In this document: positions 41,450 through 54,634 of the stretch, piece after piece
How the letters are laid out: every line of letters starts with the position of its first letter
Numbering within the stretch: position 1 is the first letter of the stretch
From: Octopus sinensis
Lineage: Eukaryota
Length of the DNA stretch: 64,000 bases
Reading direction: 5' to 3'
Assembly: GCF_006345805.1 (NCBI RefSeq)
Contig: NC_043025.1
Span: 2,418,001 to 2,482,000, forward strand
The notes under the pieces: model-generated
What the model saw: the letters and a program-made list of their open reading frames with translations, nothing else
Database searches by the model: none
Told to the model about the DNA's origin: nothing
Made by a program: the position numbers and the translations under genes

Positions 41450-42690
41450 TCTGTGAAGACCTTATCCATGCTGTATTAAAAGCACTGGTCACCTGGGAGT
41501 TTATACATAACCCCTTCGTTCATCTTTAAGCAGTCTGAACCTTTTGGTGAGAGGATCACTCTACATGTTCTTTCTTCTTGAATCACGTACCGCGTTTACA
41601 TCATCACTGACTCACATGGATCTTGCATAAGAGCTGTGGTGCCATTATCAAGGTGTAGTGGCCATGTTGCGAATTGTCTTCGATCTGTTATTGCTCTATT
41701 TTGGCTCAAAAGTGTAACCAGAGAGGAGAGTTCTTAATGGAGATCTGAATTACTGCCTCACGAGTTCCTCTTGGCAATATTGGCAGAACTTGCTCGGAGT
41801 TTCTACCAAAGAGCACAACTTTTCAACCGAAACCTTCATTGTTGCCAGTGATTTCTTTCAGAGCTTTGTCATGAGCAGGAAAAGCATACAGAGTGATCAT
41901 GGAAGCCTGATCTATAATAATCAAATACAAATTTCTCAAATTATTTCTGGTCAGAGCGAGGTGATACATTGCAAATTTTAGTTTCCAACAGAGAAACGGG
42001 CAATTTGAGCAAACTGTGCACCGTCCTTCCACCAGAGATCAATGTTGAAGATATGCCTCTGCACGCACCACTTGATAGTTTCTCCTTCGTAGATGTGAGA
42101 TCAGCGTATTAAATATGTAATTTTTGTCCCAACCTCCAGGAACCTCTGCATAGAAGCAGGAACATTCCAGCACCTCACCTCACCTTTTCTTATCAACTGT
42201 CTTCAATGACTGCATCAGCGATCACTCTCTGTTCATCGGTAACCGTTGCAATGCCGGGGTGGTTCATGACATGTTTATGCCCGACCCGTTACACTAGAAC
42301 TGGTTCAGACAAGCCAATATTAAGGCAGCTAATGCAATTTTCAATTTGCATAGAATTTATAGAGTGTAGAGTATGCATTAAAACTTCGCTGAGCATAATC
42401 TACCATCATGGTATTCTTGTGAGTGTTCCTCAGGCGAAGGACATTAGAAGGATTTGAATAGGTGCAAAGGACAACGAACGTGATACGCGGCTGAAATGCC
42501 ATCCGATATGCAGCACCTTTAGTATGGCATGTTCCAACATCACAAAATTTTGGAGAAGACCAAGCCATATGTACACATCTTTAAATATTGCACAGATTTC
42601 ACCTCCTACAGTGCTCACTTCTCAAAGCTCTTAGTACCTGGAACATCCAAAATAGCAATCGTAAATGAAATGTTTCTACGTCCTTAGGAC
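41450..42690 (-). mobile_element. Helitron Pif1-helicase remnant (same family as 13640-14480)
   Basis: LCTYSNPSNVLRL...MMVD linker, FYAEVPGG..K Walker-A remnant and LIIIDQASM...DKALKEITGNNEGFG. Confidence 0.8.
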
Positions 42691-43138
42691 TCACTGTGTT
42701 CATTCTGCTGCCGATGTTATTGTTTCTTCTCCCGAGTGTTCACGATCGATCTGTTTTTGAGTAGGTTACTGAGTGTTACCTATGTGAAAGCACAGTCTCT
42801 CACCGTCCTTATTACAACATTTACCATCAACATCGCCATCCTCCTCCCCCTCATCATCATCATCAACATCATCTCGGCCATTTTCTCCTTGTTGGTGTTG
42901 TTGTTGTTGTTATTGTTGTTGTTCTTAACATAACGAAATACATTATAATCGAACCGAGTGAAAACGAGTTTATTGAGCGAGGTGCTTTTTGAAACGTCAA
43001 CTGACGAGAAACATCTGCAAAGAAAGATGCACCGCGGCCAATCGACCATTATCTCATCCGTGAGTGGCCGATTGAAGACGGGTTGAAACGGCAGTAATGA
43101 TTAATGTATCACGTAGAATCCATTTTCCATTTCCGTCA

Positions 43139-43180
<42 letters not shown>

Positions 43181-43341
43181 TGTATGAGTGTGTGAGTATA
43201 CGCTTCGACGTTGGTATGGTTGTGTGAAAACAATTTTGCTTCCGTATTCTGTCCCTCTGCGTGTACTCTGGTCTTCAGCCGAACAATCCCGTGTATGTTA
43301 GTTAATTGGATACAGGGTAACTTAGAAACATGTCGTATATA

Positions 43342-43462
43342 TACGAAGTGGTATCATAAAGTTCCCGGCCGAGTTATGTTTAATAAAAGTAACTTATACT
43401 ACCTGAGTTTTAACTTCATTTCCTTCGGAAAAGTCGACTTGCGAAATAAGACACAAATATGA
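43342..43462 (-). mobile_element. Mariner terminal fragment (paralog of 9163-9260)
   Basis: tacgaagtggtatcataaagttccc...gagttatgtttaataaaa matches 9163-9250. Confidence 0.7.
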
Positions 43463-43467
43463 AACGT

Positions 43468-45110
43468 TTTCCTTTCTTTTTTTCCTTTTTTCACCTTTAA
43501 CGTCACATATACGGCTCCAGTTCTAACAGATCAATTACTCGGGGCAGCACGTTGAACGCCACCAACGCTCTGGCCGGGTCAATTCAATCCCCGCACATAT
43601 CTCTAAGTTTCTTATAGGTTTCCCTATCGACCACAATGACCTTCACACTCTCTTGGTGCACGTCATTGGACAACTTTTCCCTTATGATGTGCCTGAACTT
43701 TACGATTTCTTTCTCCACTTACTTGTTCTTAGAATACGTCACAAAATTCCATTTTTTCTTACCCCCTTTCGGTCTTCTCCTTTCTTCTTTTACTACTTTT
43801 CTTATTATAGGTTCCTCTATACACTTCTCTGAGTCTGAGACCTTCTCTTTCTCCGTCTTCACCTTTTCCATCTCACCCTCTTGTAGTTGAGTTCTTGAAT
43901 CTTCCTTCAATTCACCTGTCATCTTCATACTTGCTTCCTCCTTCTCTGACTCATTGTCACACACCTTCTTAATTATTTTTTCACTTTCCTTTCCCGCCTC
44001 ACTTTTATCATCTTTCTTTCTCGTTATCCCTTTCTTTCCCACCTCTTCTTTCCTCTTTTTCTGGTTAGTCTGTGGCGGACGTACTCTACCGCTCCTCCTT
44101 TTTCTTTCCACTAGCTTGGAATATTCTTCCGCTGTTTTCTCATTATTCTCTACTGTCAATGCCTGCTCGACACCCTCTTCAGTCTCTCTCTGCTCCCTCG
44201 GTGGACATCTCGCCTTCATGTGTCCCTCCTTGCCACACTCGAAACACACAAGCGGCCTGCCTTCCACCTTCCCTCTCATTGTAACACTATCTCCTCTGCC
44301 ATTCCGTTCATGTCCTCCACTTTAGCCTGGATTGTTAGCTCCAACCCACAGCCCCAGCAGCTTGTTTGCTCTGGTGGCCCTCAATATTCCAGCCTCGTCC
44401 TCCATGTTGTACACAATGGCCGTCACCAGACATGCCTCCTCCAGCTCAGGGGGAACCTGGCTCACCCAAACCCTCACCACACGTCCGCCGCAACAGGATG
44501 GCAGAAGAATCCATTCTTCTGAGCGGACCGCCTCCGTAGCATGCCTCATCGCTTCCTCCTCTGATGTGAAACGCACATCCACAGTTGCATACTCCCTGCA
44601 TCCTGTTCCGAAGGTTATCATCCTTTCATGCCTTCCAACATCCTCTCGATCCCCTCCACAGTTGCTATCTCGATCCTTCCTGTAGCGACCCTCACAGTCC
44701 TGTATGTCACTGTCTTCCTCATAACGCTGTTCACCAGCTCCTCGGGTGGTGTCAATTTCATCTCGCCTTCCCCACTCAGCAGCCTCTCGCCAGCCTTCAT
44801 CCTCCTGGCCTCGACCTCTACTTTAAAAGTCTCCAATGCTTCTCTCCCCGCTTCTCCTCCAGTAGCCCCCGCTGGCGCCTTTTCCATTTTCCTCAATGGG
44901 AAAAATCAACTCAACAAAACTTTAACGATATTAACAACGGTATCAACAACAGCAACAATCAACAATAACTTCACGTTCCACTCACAAATACAACTCAACT
45001 ACAACAACTCGACCTCAAAAACAACACCTATCAACTACAAACTTCTCTACTCAACTCGACTCTACTTCGACGTCTAGACTTCTCCCTCTATATCTACGTA
45101 TTGAGCTAGC
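43468..45110 (-). mobile_element. ORF1-only (gag-like CCHC) non-LTR retroelement with A-rich tail
   Basis: Consecutive ORFs 44618-44896, 44322-44621 and 43719-44279 form one disrupted ORF1 with CFECGKEGHMKARC and an E/K-rich tail. T-rich tract at 43468-43492 on +; no ORF2. Confidence 0.75.
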
Positions 45111-46479
45111 CTACTTCATCGTCTGGGGGCGTCCACACAACACAAGTAAAAGAGAGAGGATTGGTACATACATACATACATACTTGCATATATACATATA
45201 TACCTAATGAAGAATAAGAGAATGGTTTCAGCGACTTTCCTTATTCTATATCAATGCAATTGTGTCTACAAATCACATCCGTAGTTCTTGATGAGATCAT
45301 ATAATTTACATCGTGTGTCATCACTACAGTTCCTTAAAGGCGGAACGTAGGACTTATTGAAATACTCACCTGAAAAGCCTGTTTTACACCTCTGATTGAT
45401 GGTAAGGATTACGCAATTTATTAATTATATCATCTGAACCATGTACAATGGTTGTGAAATCATGTATCAATTGTAGTATTATGGAATAAAGAATATCGTT
45501 TAATTCATTCCCTCTTATTCACCTCTGTTCAAAGACGAAAGCGAAAAATGAGAGAAACATAATTTCTCCACAAAGAAAAAACAAACGAGATACAACAACA
45601 GATATTCAAAACGCTTTAGTAGCAGTTTTCCACGCGGGTTTCGAAATCGCAAATCCGAATCGCCACACAATATCACCATACACATACCAGTTGCTGACGT
45701 CACCTAACTCCAGAACAATGAAATTTGACTTACAATCAAAATCGAACTTCAGCGAATACAACAAAATTACCCTTTATGAGAATCAAGCAACTGGAATGGC
45801 TGATGACCGTTCCCCACAGGTAAGCCAACCAGGCAGAATGAAAATCTTGACCACCAGAAAAATAAGACATCAACAAATATCAGATCCTTCACGGAAAAAA
45901 TCGTAAATACACCGGATTCCGAAAAACGCCTTCACAAGCAAAAGACCTGTACACGTCGGTAAGAGAATCACAGAAACTGTAAACAAAAACCCTTTTTTCA
46001 CTATCTTCATTTCTCCCTTGTTTTTCTCCCTCTTGACTCAGTATGGCCGAAACTTTGATACCCCACGTTTCTTATCGATCACTACTAACACTATTGAATG
46101 TTGTGCATTTGAGCAAAATGATCCACATTTTTTATATATTATTGAAATTTATGAACATTTAAAATCATACTTCATTTCACCGAAACTTATAAACACAAAA
46201 ACATTCATAATTTTAAATTTTTACCATTCATAGACAAAAAATATTGTTGAAACTAGTTTGGTATGTATATTTATTTATTTATTTTATTTTATTTTATCTA
46301 GTTTCAGCTCACGAGCTGTGGCCATGCTGGGGCACCACCGTTTAATATAAATATATTTATTTAAAAACAATTACATGTTTTTTTTCAAATTTAGGGGCGT
46401 TTTCAACAACAAATTTTCCTATATACTTTTCTGCATGGAAATACAACGCCTCTTTTGTTATACTCTTTTCTCTTTTACC

Positions 46480-46688
46480 CTTTTACTTGTTTCAGTCATT
46501 TGACAGCGGCCATGCTGGTGCACCGCTTTTAATCGAGCAACTCGACCCCGGGATTTATTTTTTTGTAAGCCCAGTACTTATTCTAACGGTTCTTTTGCCG
46601 AACCGCTAAGTGAGGGGACGTAAAAACAGCAGTATCGGTTGTCAAGCAATGCTATGGTGACAAACACAGACAAACAAACACACACACG

Positions 46689-46774
<86 letters not shown>

Positions 46775-46925
46775 AATATACATATATATGACGGGCATCT
46801 TTCAGTTTCCGCCTACCAAATCCACTCACAAGGCTTTGGTCGGCCTGAGGCTATAGTAGAAGACACTCGCCCAAGGTGGCACGCAGTGGGACTGAACCCG
46901 GAACCATGTGGTTGGTAAACAAGGC
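46480..46925 (-). mobile_element. tRNA-derived SINE with internal (TA)n
   Basis: B box ccgggttcagtcccac on the minus strand; same body as 33000-33341. Confidence 0.8.
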
Positions 46926-46929
46926 ACCT

Positions 46930-48260
46930 CCTAAGCGTGACCTAGACAATTTCGAGCAACATCTTGAACATCAAATTTAAAGCTAGAAAAATAACAATCA
47001 AACCTCACCTAACTAAAATCAATAATATCCTCAAGAGTCTTCAAAAATACTCTGAAATTCTCTTCCAAGCCGTCAAGCCCGGCAACCTTTATAATGCTCC
47101 TCTAGATAAATACCGAGAGCTAATACACAAATAACTACATAAATGATACCGTATGGTACCAGTCTCCGTTCTAAGAGACATTTACATCAAGAATCGTGAT
47201 CTCGTTTTTAAACGCGCATTAGAAGATAGGACCGGACGTTCCTTAACTCGCTCACTCCATATTAACGTAGAAGACCATAAAATAAAATATGCCGAGAACC
47301 CTTTCGTTCGCCTCATTTGCCCCTTCAGTTCAGATATAGGTAAGATTAGCAAGATTTCATCAGACAGGATTATACCCCCAACTACACCCATGGACTGAAT
47401 TTACTCAAGCCGTCCAGTCGTTTAATTCCTAAAGCCCTAAACATACTTTTCAATTCATCCAGATCGACATAGACCAAATTACTCTAGTGTATCCTTCTCA
47501 ACAAAGTCCTCATTTTTGCAATGATACAATCTATCTTCTCTTGTGACGATATTGATATCATCTTGGCCGCCCGTCGACATTTGATAAAACTGGGTAATTC
47601 TAGGCCAATAGAGACATTCGGGATTCTCGCAACTGCGGAATCGAACAGATTAGAAAAAGACTAAGATATCTTTTTAAAACGGTGGGCCTCTGCATCACTT
47701 TTTGTAGCAGCCTTAAAACTTCGAATTTCCTAGATGTCACCCTAGATCTACAAAGTCAAATTTTCAACCCATGCCATAAACTTAAGGGGAACCTCCACTA
47801 TGTCAGCTTTTCCTCCATCCACAACGCCAGTTGTCCTAAACTCTATCGTAGATATCGTATCAAAACGGATTTCATCACTGTCCGCCAGTAAGGAAATATT
47901 CGAACAATACGCTGAATATTATAATAGCGTGACGGTCATAAGAATTCGATCGAATATAACCTTGTGTAGAACAAGCCTCCCTCAACTAACCTTGGAACCA
48001 AGAATACACCCGTCCTCCAGATGAAACAAAAAATATCATGCATAACCCATCGTCCTACTAATCTCCCAAATTTTAAAGTAGTATATGATCTAACAAGCAA
48101 TCTCCCCACTCGGTGACTCTGGACACTAACCCTGTCTCTGCCCGCCGATATCAACACCCGTATGCCCTTTCAAAACTCTTTAGTTACTCGGATAAACCTA
48201 TCAATCGGAATAAGATAACAAGAACACGTGAAGTTATCTGGTTTCGGTTCTCTAAAACAT
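46930..48260 (+). mobile_element. Penelope-like RT remnant (second family)
   Basis: RLICPFSSDIGKISK, NFLDVTLDL..FNP.HK...LHYV...S.H, ISSLSASKEIFE..A.YY and REVIWF; heavily frameshifted. Confidence 0.7.
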
Positions 48261-48262
48261 AC

Positions 48263-49745
48263 TTTTTTTTCCCAACAGAAAAAAAACGAGGTATTGAACC
48301 TCTCACTACAATTTTTACAATTCTTGGACTTAATAGTCCATAACAAATAATAACATACAATAATATACAATAAAATATTCAATATACAATCAACACTAGT
48401 CCATTTACAAATGAGGCACTGAGCTTCTTACACATTATAAAACTGGGGCTTTTCAACCTCTTGTCAATCCTCATTATCGCTTGTGTACGTCCACTTCACC
48501 ATATCCCCTGCGATATTCCTCCTTTAGTCCCCCCCAGCCTATGTAACATGCGCAACGTTATGAACTCCACAGCTATCTGCGGAGGCCATTCGGGTTACCG
48601 TGCGAAGGCCAAAGGTACTCCCTTGTAGTGTTCTACCACCATCTTTTCCACCACTCCCCTCTATAACAGAAGGCCAGCAGGTCTTCTTCCTCCGGGTCCG
48701 AGATAGTAAATTCTATCGTTGGCGGCACAATTCTTACCGATTGTGTCTAACCCAACCCTCACCGATGGGGCATCATGTCTCCGACTGTCGGCAATATCCT
48801 GTTTCTCCTCTTCTTTTTTCTACCTGACTGTGGGAGGGTGCGTCCCCTCCGTGACCGGGACATATGCTTCCCTTCCCTCATTCCCAGAATCCTTCGGTGA
48901 GCACCCATTATTACTCACCTTCTTCCTTTTGCAGCTCTTCTTTGAGGCATCCTCTGTCTCCTCGGCCGCCTTCATTCCTTCTTCTACAGAGGTCTCCGTC
49001 AACCGCTCCAGGATTTTGCTTTGCCGTTGAGGACAGTTCTTTTTTATATGGACAGGCTCCAAGCACCGATGACACTTGGGGGAGGGGGACTCCCTCAAGC
49101 ATCACCGGATACTTCGACCCGCCTATTCTTAAGAAGTCTGGAAATACCAGACTTTCGGCTGACAGGATCTAGAGGGTCAAAACAGCTTTTGACCCCTTCA
49201 AGTCAGCCGTAGGCAGAATTTTTAGGAAGAGAAAAAAGTCTAAACAAAAAGGAAGAAGAAAAAATTAACAGTTCAATAAAGAGTCTTTTTTTTAAATAAA
49301 AAAGGGGTGAAGAGAGAGCAGCAGTTCAAAATACAGCAAAGGCCACTCGGTACTCCAGGCCAAAGTTTTAACGCAAATCATTCCAATTTTCTTCTCATAG
49401 GTAATCCTTAACAGGAACAATATTGTTGAAATCTTTTCTAAAAATTCGCAGAGTTATTCCTGGACAAATATTATTCTCAAACAAAATTTTGCGGCAGGAT
49501 ACGCCCACCAAAACAATAATTTTCACAGTTAAGTGAAAAAATATTCACTCAGCTACAGGTAGACTAGAATCGAGTGAGGACTTCTTGTTTGCAAAAAATA
49601 ATTGCGGCAGACAACATGCCCCCACTAGACCCCCAAAAAGTCTTACCTTACAACTGAATTTCAAATCTCTTCAATTTAAGACGGCTTCAAAAACACGTCT
49701 TGAGTCTTTACTGCTTCAGTATCAAACACAACTCCGATTAGCACA
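48263..49745 (-). mobile_element. ORF1-only zinc-knuckle retroelement, internally deleted
   Basis: CHRCLEPVHIKKNC in ORF 48820-49098; ~550 bp of 3' sequence ending in a T8 run on +; lacks the equivalent of ~250-730 of copy 1. Confidence 0.65.
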
Positions 49746-49794
49746 TGCATAATGAGGTAAGCAAGCTACTTACCACACAGCCACTCCTGCACAC

Positions 49795-50925
49795 GTTCTG
49801 GTGATGATTTTCAATATTTTTTTTTCACCTCAACGTTTGAAATGATGGCAGGAATCTCTTTAAAAATTGTGTGAATATTTTGATTTTTTTCATATCCCCA
49901 ATCCCAATCGGTAACGATTTGGGCTAATGCATTTGAATAACGCTTTAACAAAAGTTTTAAATGAAAAATTTTAGAAATCGGTGATCACCATTATAATCCA
50001 CACTTTCTTTTCAAACAAAATGTGAAAAGTAATTTGAAAACAATGGCGACATTTTAAAATTTTGTTCATTAACCTCGCATATTCCCATAACGATGTTATT
50101 TTCCCAGCAGCTTTTGCATTTTTTGTCCAATTTTAATGAAAATCGATGAGTGAGCAAGCCTCATGGCAGTGAGTTGATTTCAGTATATGACGTTGAGAAA
50201 AAAATTGGTAATTGCGCCGGAGCAGTGGTTTTATAAAATCAATAGACGTTGTAATTTTGGCCGTAAATTTCATATATTTTATCTGATTTTAATGAAATAT
50301 GAAGTGTAGGTAAATGTTTGGTGGGGGATACGGAAAATGTATTTATTTACTTCAAAAGAGCTTGAAAAGGGCATAAATGTACGTAAGCATTTCCATACAG
50401 ACATTCTTAACGATTTTGTAGAAATTTTACATGTGATTACAGTTCATGTCCATTAGTTTAAACCAGCATTAAGAGTTGACAAAAATCGATAACTGCGAGT
50501 GAGAGGGAGATTTCAAAAAAACAATGGGCTTTTTGTATGCAATTACCCATAGGATTAGTATTTTATGCTGTAACTTTTACACAATTCAACCGATTTTGAT
50601 GGACTTTGACTTTTAGGTAAGGTTTATGGCCGGAGTCATGTAGTAGAATTAAAATTAAAATGATGAAAGGCAGAAATCGTCATAATCATTCACAATAAAA
50701 TAATGAACTGATTCTGAAGAAAATTGACCAGTGTGTAAAATTAAGCACTTCGACATATAAAACGTCGATTATTTATACAATGTATTGAGATTTAAATGTC
50801 AATGGAATATTTTCATGTAAATGGTCAAATGGGCTCAATTTTATGACATAACCTTACCATATTTGTTCGTATTTCGCTGAGAGTGGACACACTGATCAAT
50901 TTTGTACCGAGAGTGACATTAAGGG
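49795..50925. mobile_element. Unclassified interspersed repeat, copy C
   Basis: Near-identical to 1297-2326 and extends further to the shared right end. Confidence 0.6.
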
Positions 50926-51159
50926 AAAAGAATTAAACAGACATCACTCAATGTGTCCACGAACACCCAAACGTTTCACTGCGATTTCAGACGGTCCAGT
51001 ATGGAGGAGTATGTCCAAAGCGTTAAGCGGGTAAAATTCCTGCCGAATCAGATATAACATCATAATTGGTAACAGTTGGTAGAGGGAATGTAGAAGATTT
51101 CAATACAAAGCCAGATGTGGGTTTAACTTCAACACGGAAAACACGAGCAATATATATAT

Positions 51160-51420
51160 GGAGGCACAAGTTCTAGTGGTTAGAGCAGCAGTCTCACGCT
51201 CGAGGAATAGCGGGTTCGAATCTCAGATTATGCGATGTTTGTTTATGAGCTGAACACCTCAGCTCCACGCGGCTCCGGCGTAAGGTAATGGTGAACCTCT
51301 GCTGACTCTTTCTCCATCACATACTCTCACTCTTTCCTCCTGCTTCTCGCAGCTCACCGGCAAAGGTGCGGCGTTCCGTCCCTTATGAGACAGGCATAGC
51401 TCGAGAATGAACAAACAACA
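51160..51420 (+). mobile_element. tRNA-derived SINE
   Basis: A box ctagtggttagagc and B box gggttcgaatc; ends in an (AAC)-rich tail flanked by TA repeats. Confidence 0.7.
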
Positions 51421-51904
51421 ATATATATATACTATTTATTAATTTAATGGACACAGTACATGACTTTAAGTTCAGTTTCATAAGTGGAGGGATATCTCAA
51501 ACATATACACCAGGCACAAACAACATATCATTACGAACTAAAGAAAAATGAATAAGAGAAGAAACTTGAGAAAACTGAGAATACAGCATATAGAAAATGT
51601 AGTAAGTTAAAACAAAAGAAAATGAAAACACACAAATCTAAAAATTAAAAAGTAGAAAAGGTGAAAGTGTAATCCTCCTTAGGCCTTAAATTAAAGGGCT
51701 AGAAAGATTACAAAATGTTAATAAAGAATAGGTAGCGAACTTAGTAGCTTTGCTTGTGTCCTTATGTCGGAAGGAGGCTACGTGTTTAGCATACCGATTT
51801 TTAAAATTATACTTTTTATTTACGTATGTATGTGTATATAAGTATGTATGTATGTATGTATGTATGTCTGTCGCTGTCTCTCTTGCTCTATCTATCTATC
51901 TCTC

Positions 51905-53580
51905 CGACGTTTTGGCGGCGAGGTTGGCCCTCGACCAACACTTCGACGACAAACACGAAGGGTGTGTTGTCAGAGCTAGGATACGTGCTCTACTGAACGA
52001 AGGTGTTAGAGCCGCGAGGGAAGCCCGTCTGGCAGAGGCGCAACTGGGCAACAAAGCCACAATTCTTTCTCTGGTAGATGAACAGTGGGGCGAATTGCTC
52101 GAGCCAAATAAAATGTGTGTGGACTTCCAACAGCATTTTGCCCGACTGTTCGGGAGGAGTGGCGGGTATGATTGTATGGTGGACTTCAGTGCCTACCTAC
52201 ACAGCTTACCACGACTCTCGACAAAAGTGGCAGGGTGCAGAACCCGATGGCAGAATGCTCGAGGGACATGACTAGTTTGGAGACGTCTTGGCAGCGGAGT
52301 ACTGCAACTGGCAGAAAAACGGGAGCATTCCTGGTTTTGTGATTCGAGGAGACGTAACACTGCAGAAGAAAGATCTAAACAAGGGGAATGTAATAGATAA
52401 CTTTAGGCCCATCACTCTGCTTAATGCAGACTTGAAAATGTTGGCCAAGGTGTTAGCGAAGAGGTTGGCGCTTGTCATCGAGAAACTGGTCGACAAGGCG
52501 CAAACGGGCGCCGTGCCGGGCCGGAGCATCCATGACGACCGCCACCTGATCCGCTACATCATAGACAGGGAAGTTAACGAACCTGGCACGGGTGGGGCGC
52601 AGATCAATTTGGATCAATCGAAAGCTTTCGATAGGGTAGACCATCGATACTTGGAGGCTGTCCTCAGAGCGGCTGGTTTCGCTCCCGTCTTCCGCAGCTG
52701 GATAGCCGCTATGTACACAGGCATCCGTACGGTAATTCGCGTAAATGGACTTCTATAGAGACCTTTCGACATTGCACGTTATGTCCGTCAGGGATGCCCC
52801 CTCTCGTCGCTTCCGTAGGCATTGACTCTCGAGCCATTATTACGGAAGCTGCCAACTATGAGGGTCATCCCACGAGAATTGGGATTCGTGACGAGCGTGT
52901 CTGCATACGTCATAGTGTCTAGCCACGAGCACATAGAGCATGTCGGCGAGACACTGAAAGACGACGAAGCGGTGACAGGAGCGAAAATCAACCGGGAAAA
53001 ATCAGTGGGCTTGCAACTCGGCACCTGGAGAAGCAAGCCCATGCAGTCCACCAGCGCCTCCGTCGTGGGACGCTGGACCGACGGTCCGTTCGAGTTTCTC
53101 AGGGTCTGGTTTGGTGCGGACCTCCAGTGGAGAAGAAATGGAACGAGATATTGAGTAGGGTGGTCACTGTCGCCCGGCAATGGGCCGAGAGGAAACTGTC
53201 CCTAAAAGGTCGGGCGGAGGTGGCGAACTCGTACATCACGTACGTCATCTACTACCGCCTGACCGTCGTACCTTGTCCCGCATTCTCTTTCGTTTCTTGT
53301 GGAAAGGATGCGTCCCGATGGTCAGGCGATACATTTGCTGTCAACACCCGTTAAAATAAGGACTGGGCATGCCGTGGTTGATGATGCGCAGATACGCTCT
53401 GAGATTACGATATCTCAGGCTCTACGTAGACGACGGTGAACAGGTGTGGTCGCCGTTTGTGAGGCACGCTTTCCCGCAACTCGTCTCCATGACCGAACTG
53501 CAGTCGTGGATCAAAAAGAGGCCGAGAAAGCACGAATGGCACCGCGAGTTTCGCGTTGCTGTCAAGCAACTATGCCGTCC
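51905..53580 (+). mobile_element. Tx1/L1-clade LINE reverse transcriptase fragment (pseudogenised)
   Basis: NFRPITLLNADLKMLAKVLAKRL, LDQSKAFDRVDH, VRQGCPLS, GAKINREKS and LSLKGRA; the YADD motif is reduced to SAYV; frameshifts present. Confidence 0.9.
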
Positions 53581-53692
53581 CTATCTATCAATAATTAACA
53601 ATAACAGGGTAATAAAAAGCTTAGAATTTTTACTACCAGTCGCCTAACGTGTAAAAAAATTGTCAATAGCCTATATATTAATTATATAAATG

Positions 53693-54032
53693 CAGCGTAC
53701 ATTTAAACACATAAGACGTATTCGTCTTATGTGTTTAAACACATTTAAACATATCTAAACACATAAGAGGTATCACATAAGAGGCGTTGTTGGATTGCCT
53801 CATACTTATATGTTTTAATCTAGGCGTACCTGCTGATGAGGACTTCGCCTAGCAAATAATTTTATTTGCTAAAAAAATGTCTGAATCCGTTGTCTAGGAG
53901 ATAGAGTTAAGTGTTTTATAATTTTCATTCCCTTCGATGATTATCCCTAATTGCGGTTTGGATTTTAGCTGTTCCTTCTGGCGTGCAGGAAATCCTATGA
54001 CGGGTACATCTTATGTGTTCAAATGTACACTG
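53693..54032. mobile_element. MITE with ~34-bp TIRs (Tc1/mariner-like ends)
   Basis: Left cagcgtacatttaaacacataagacgtattcgtc versus right gacgggtacatcttatgtgttcaaatgtacactg followed by TA. Confidence 0.75.
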
Positions 54033-54046
54033 TATTTATATCTAAC

Positions 54047-54104
<58 letters not shown>

Positions 54105-54105
54105 C

Positions 54106-54178
<73 letters not shown>

Positions 54179-54542
54179 CACATGTATATACATAGTTGAA
54201 GTTTACAGAAAAATAAAAGAACACAGATATATGAAAAAGGTGTGTATTAGTTTGACACTCCGAAAAGTGTGAAAGGGCTTTACGTTTCGAGCCTACGATC
54301 TTCAAAAGTAAAGGAAATGAGGAAATCACAGAAGTTCAAAAAGGATTAAATGTATTCAGTTTATCTTTGATGTTACAAAGGGTTTTGCTGACCTCTCAGT
54401 CAACTGCGCACCACGCATAATAATATATATATAGGTGTGTCTGTGTGTGTGCCATTATGTCTGCGTGCGTGGATGTAAGAATGAGTGCGTATTTTTGTGC
54501 GTTATTGTGTGTATACCTATGTGCATAAGAATTATATGCATA

Positions 54543-54587
<45 letters not shown>

Positions 54588-54634
54588 TAGCTGAAGGTGA
54601 CCCGCTCTACGCGCGGGTAAGAGTGTGGTTGTTA

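Noticed and set aside
51160-51230. tRNA gene
   Set aside because: A and B boxes are present, but I see no complete cloverleaf and the sequence continues into a SINE body and tail.
52288-52758. Bacterial-type RT system (retron, DGR or group II intron)
   Set aside because: The motifs are those of Tx1/L1 LINE RT, the catalytic YADD is deleted, and there are no accessory genes.
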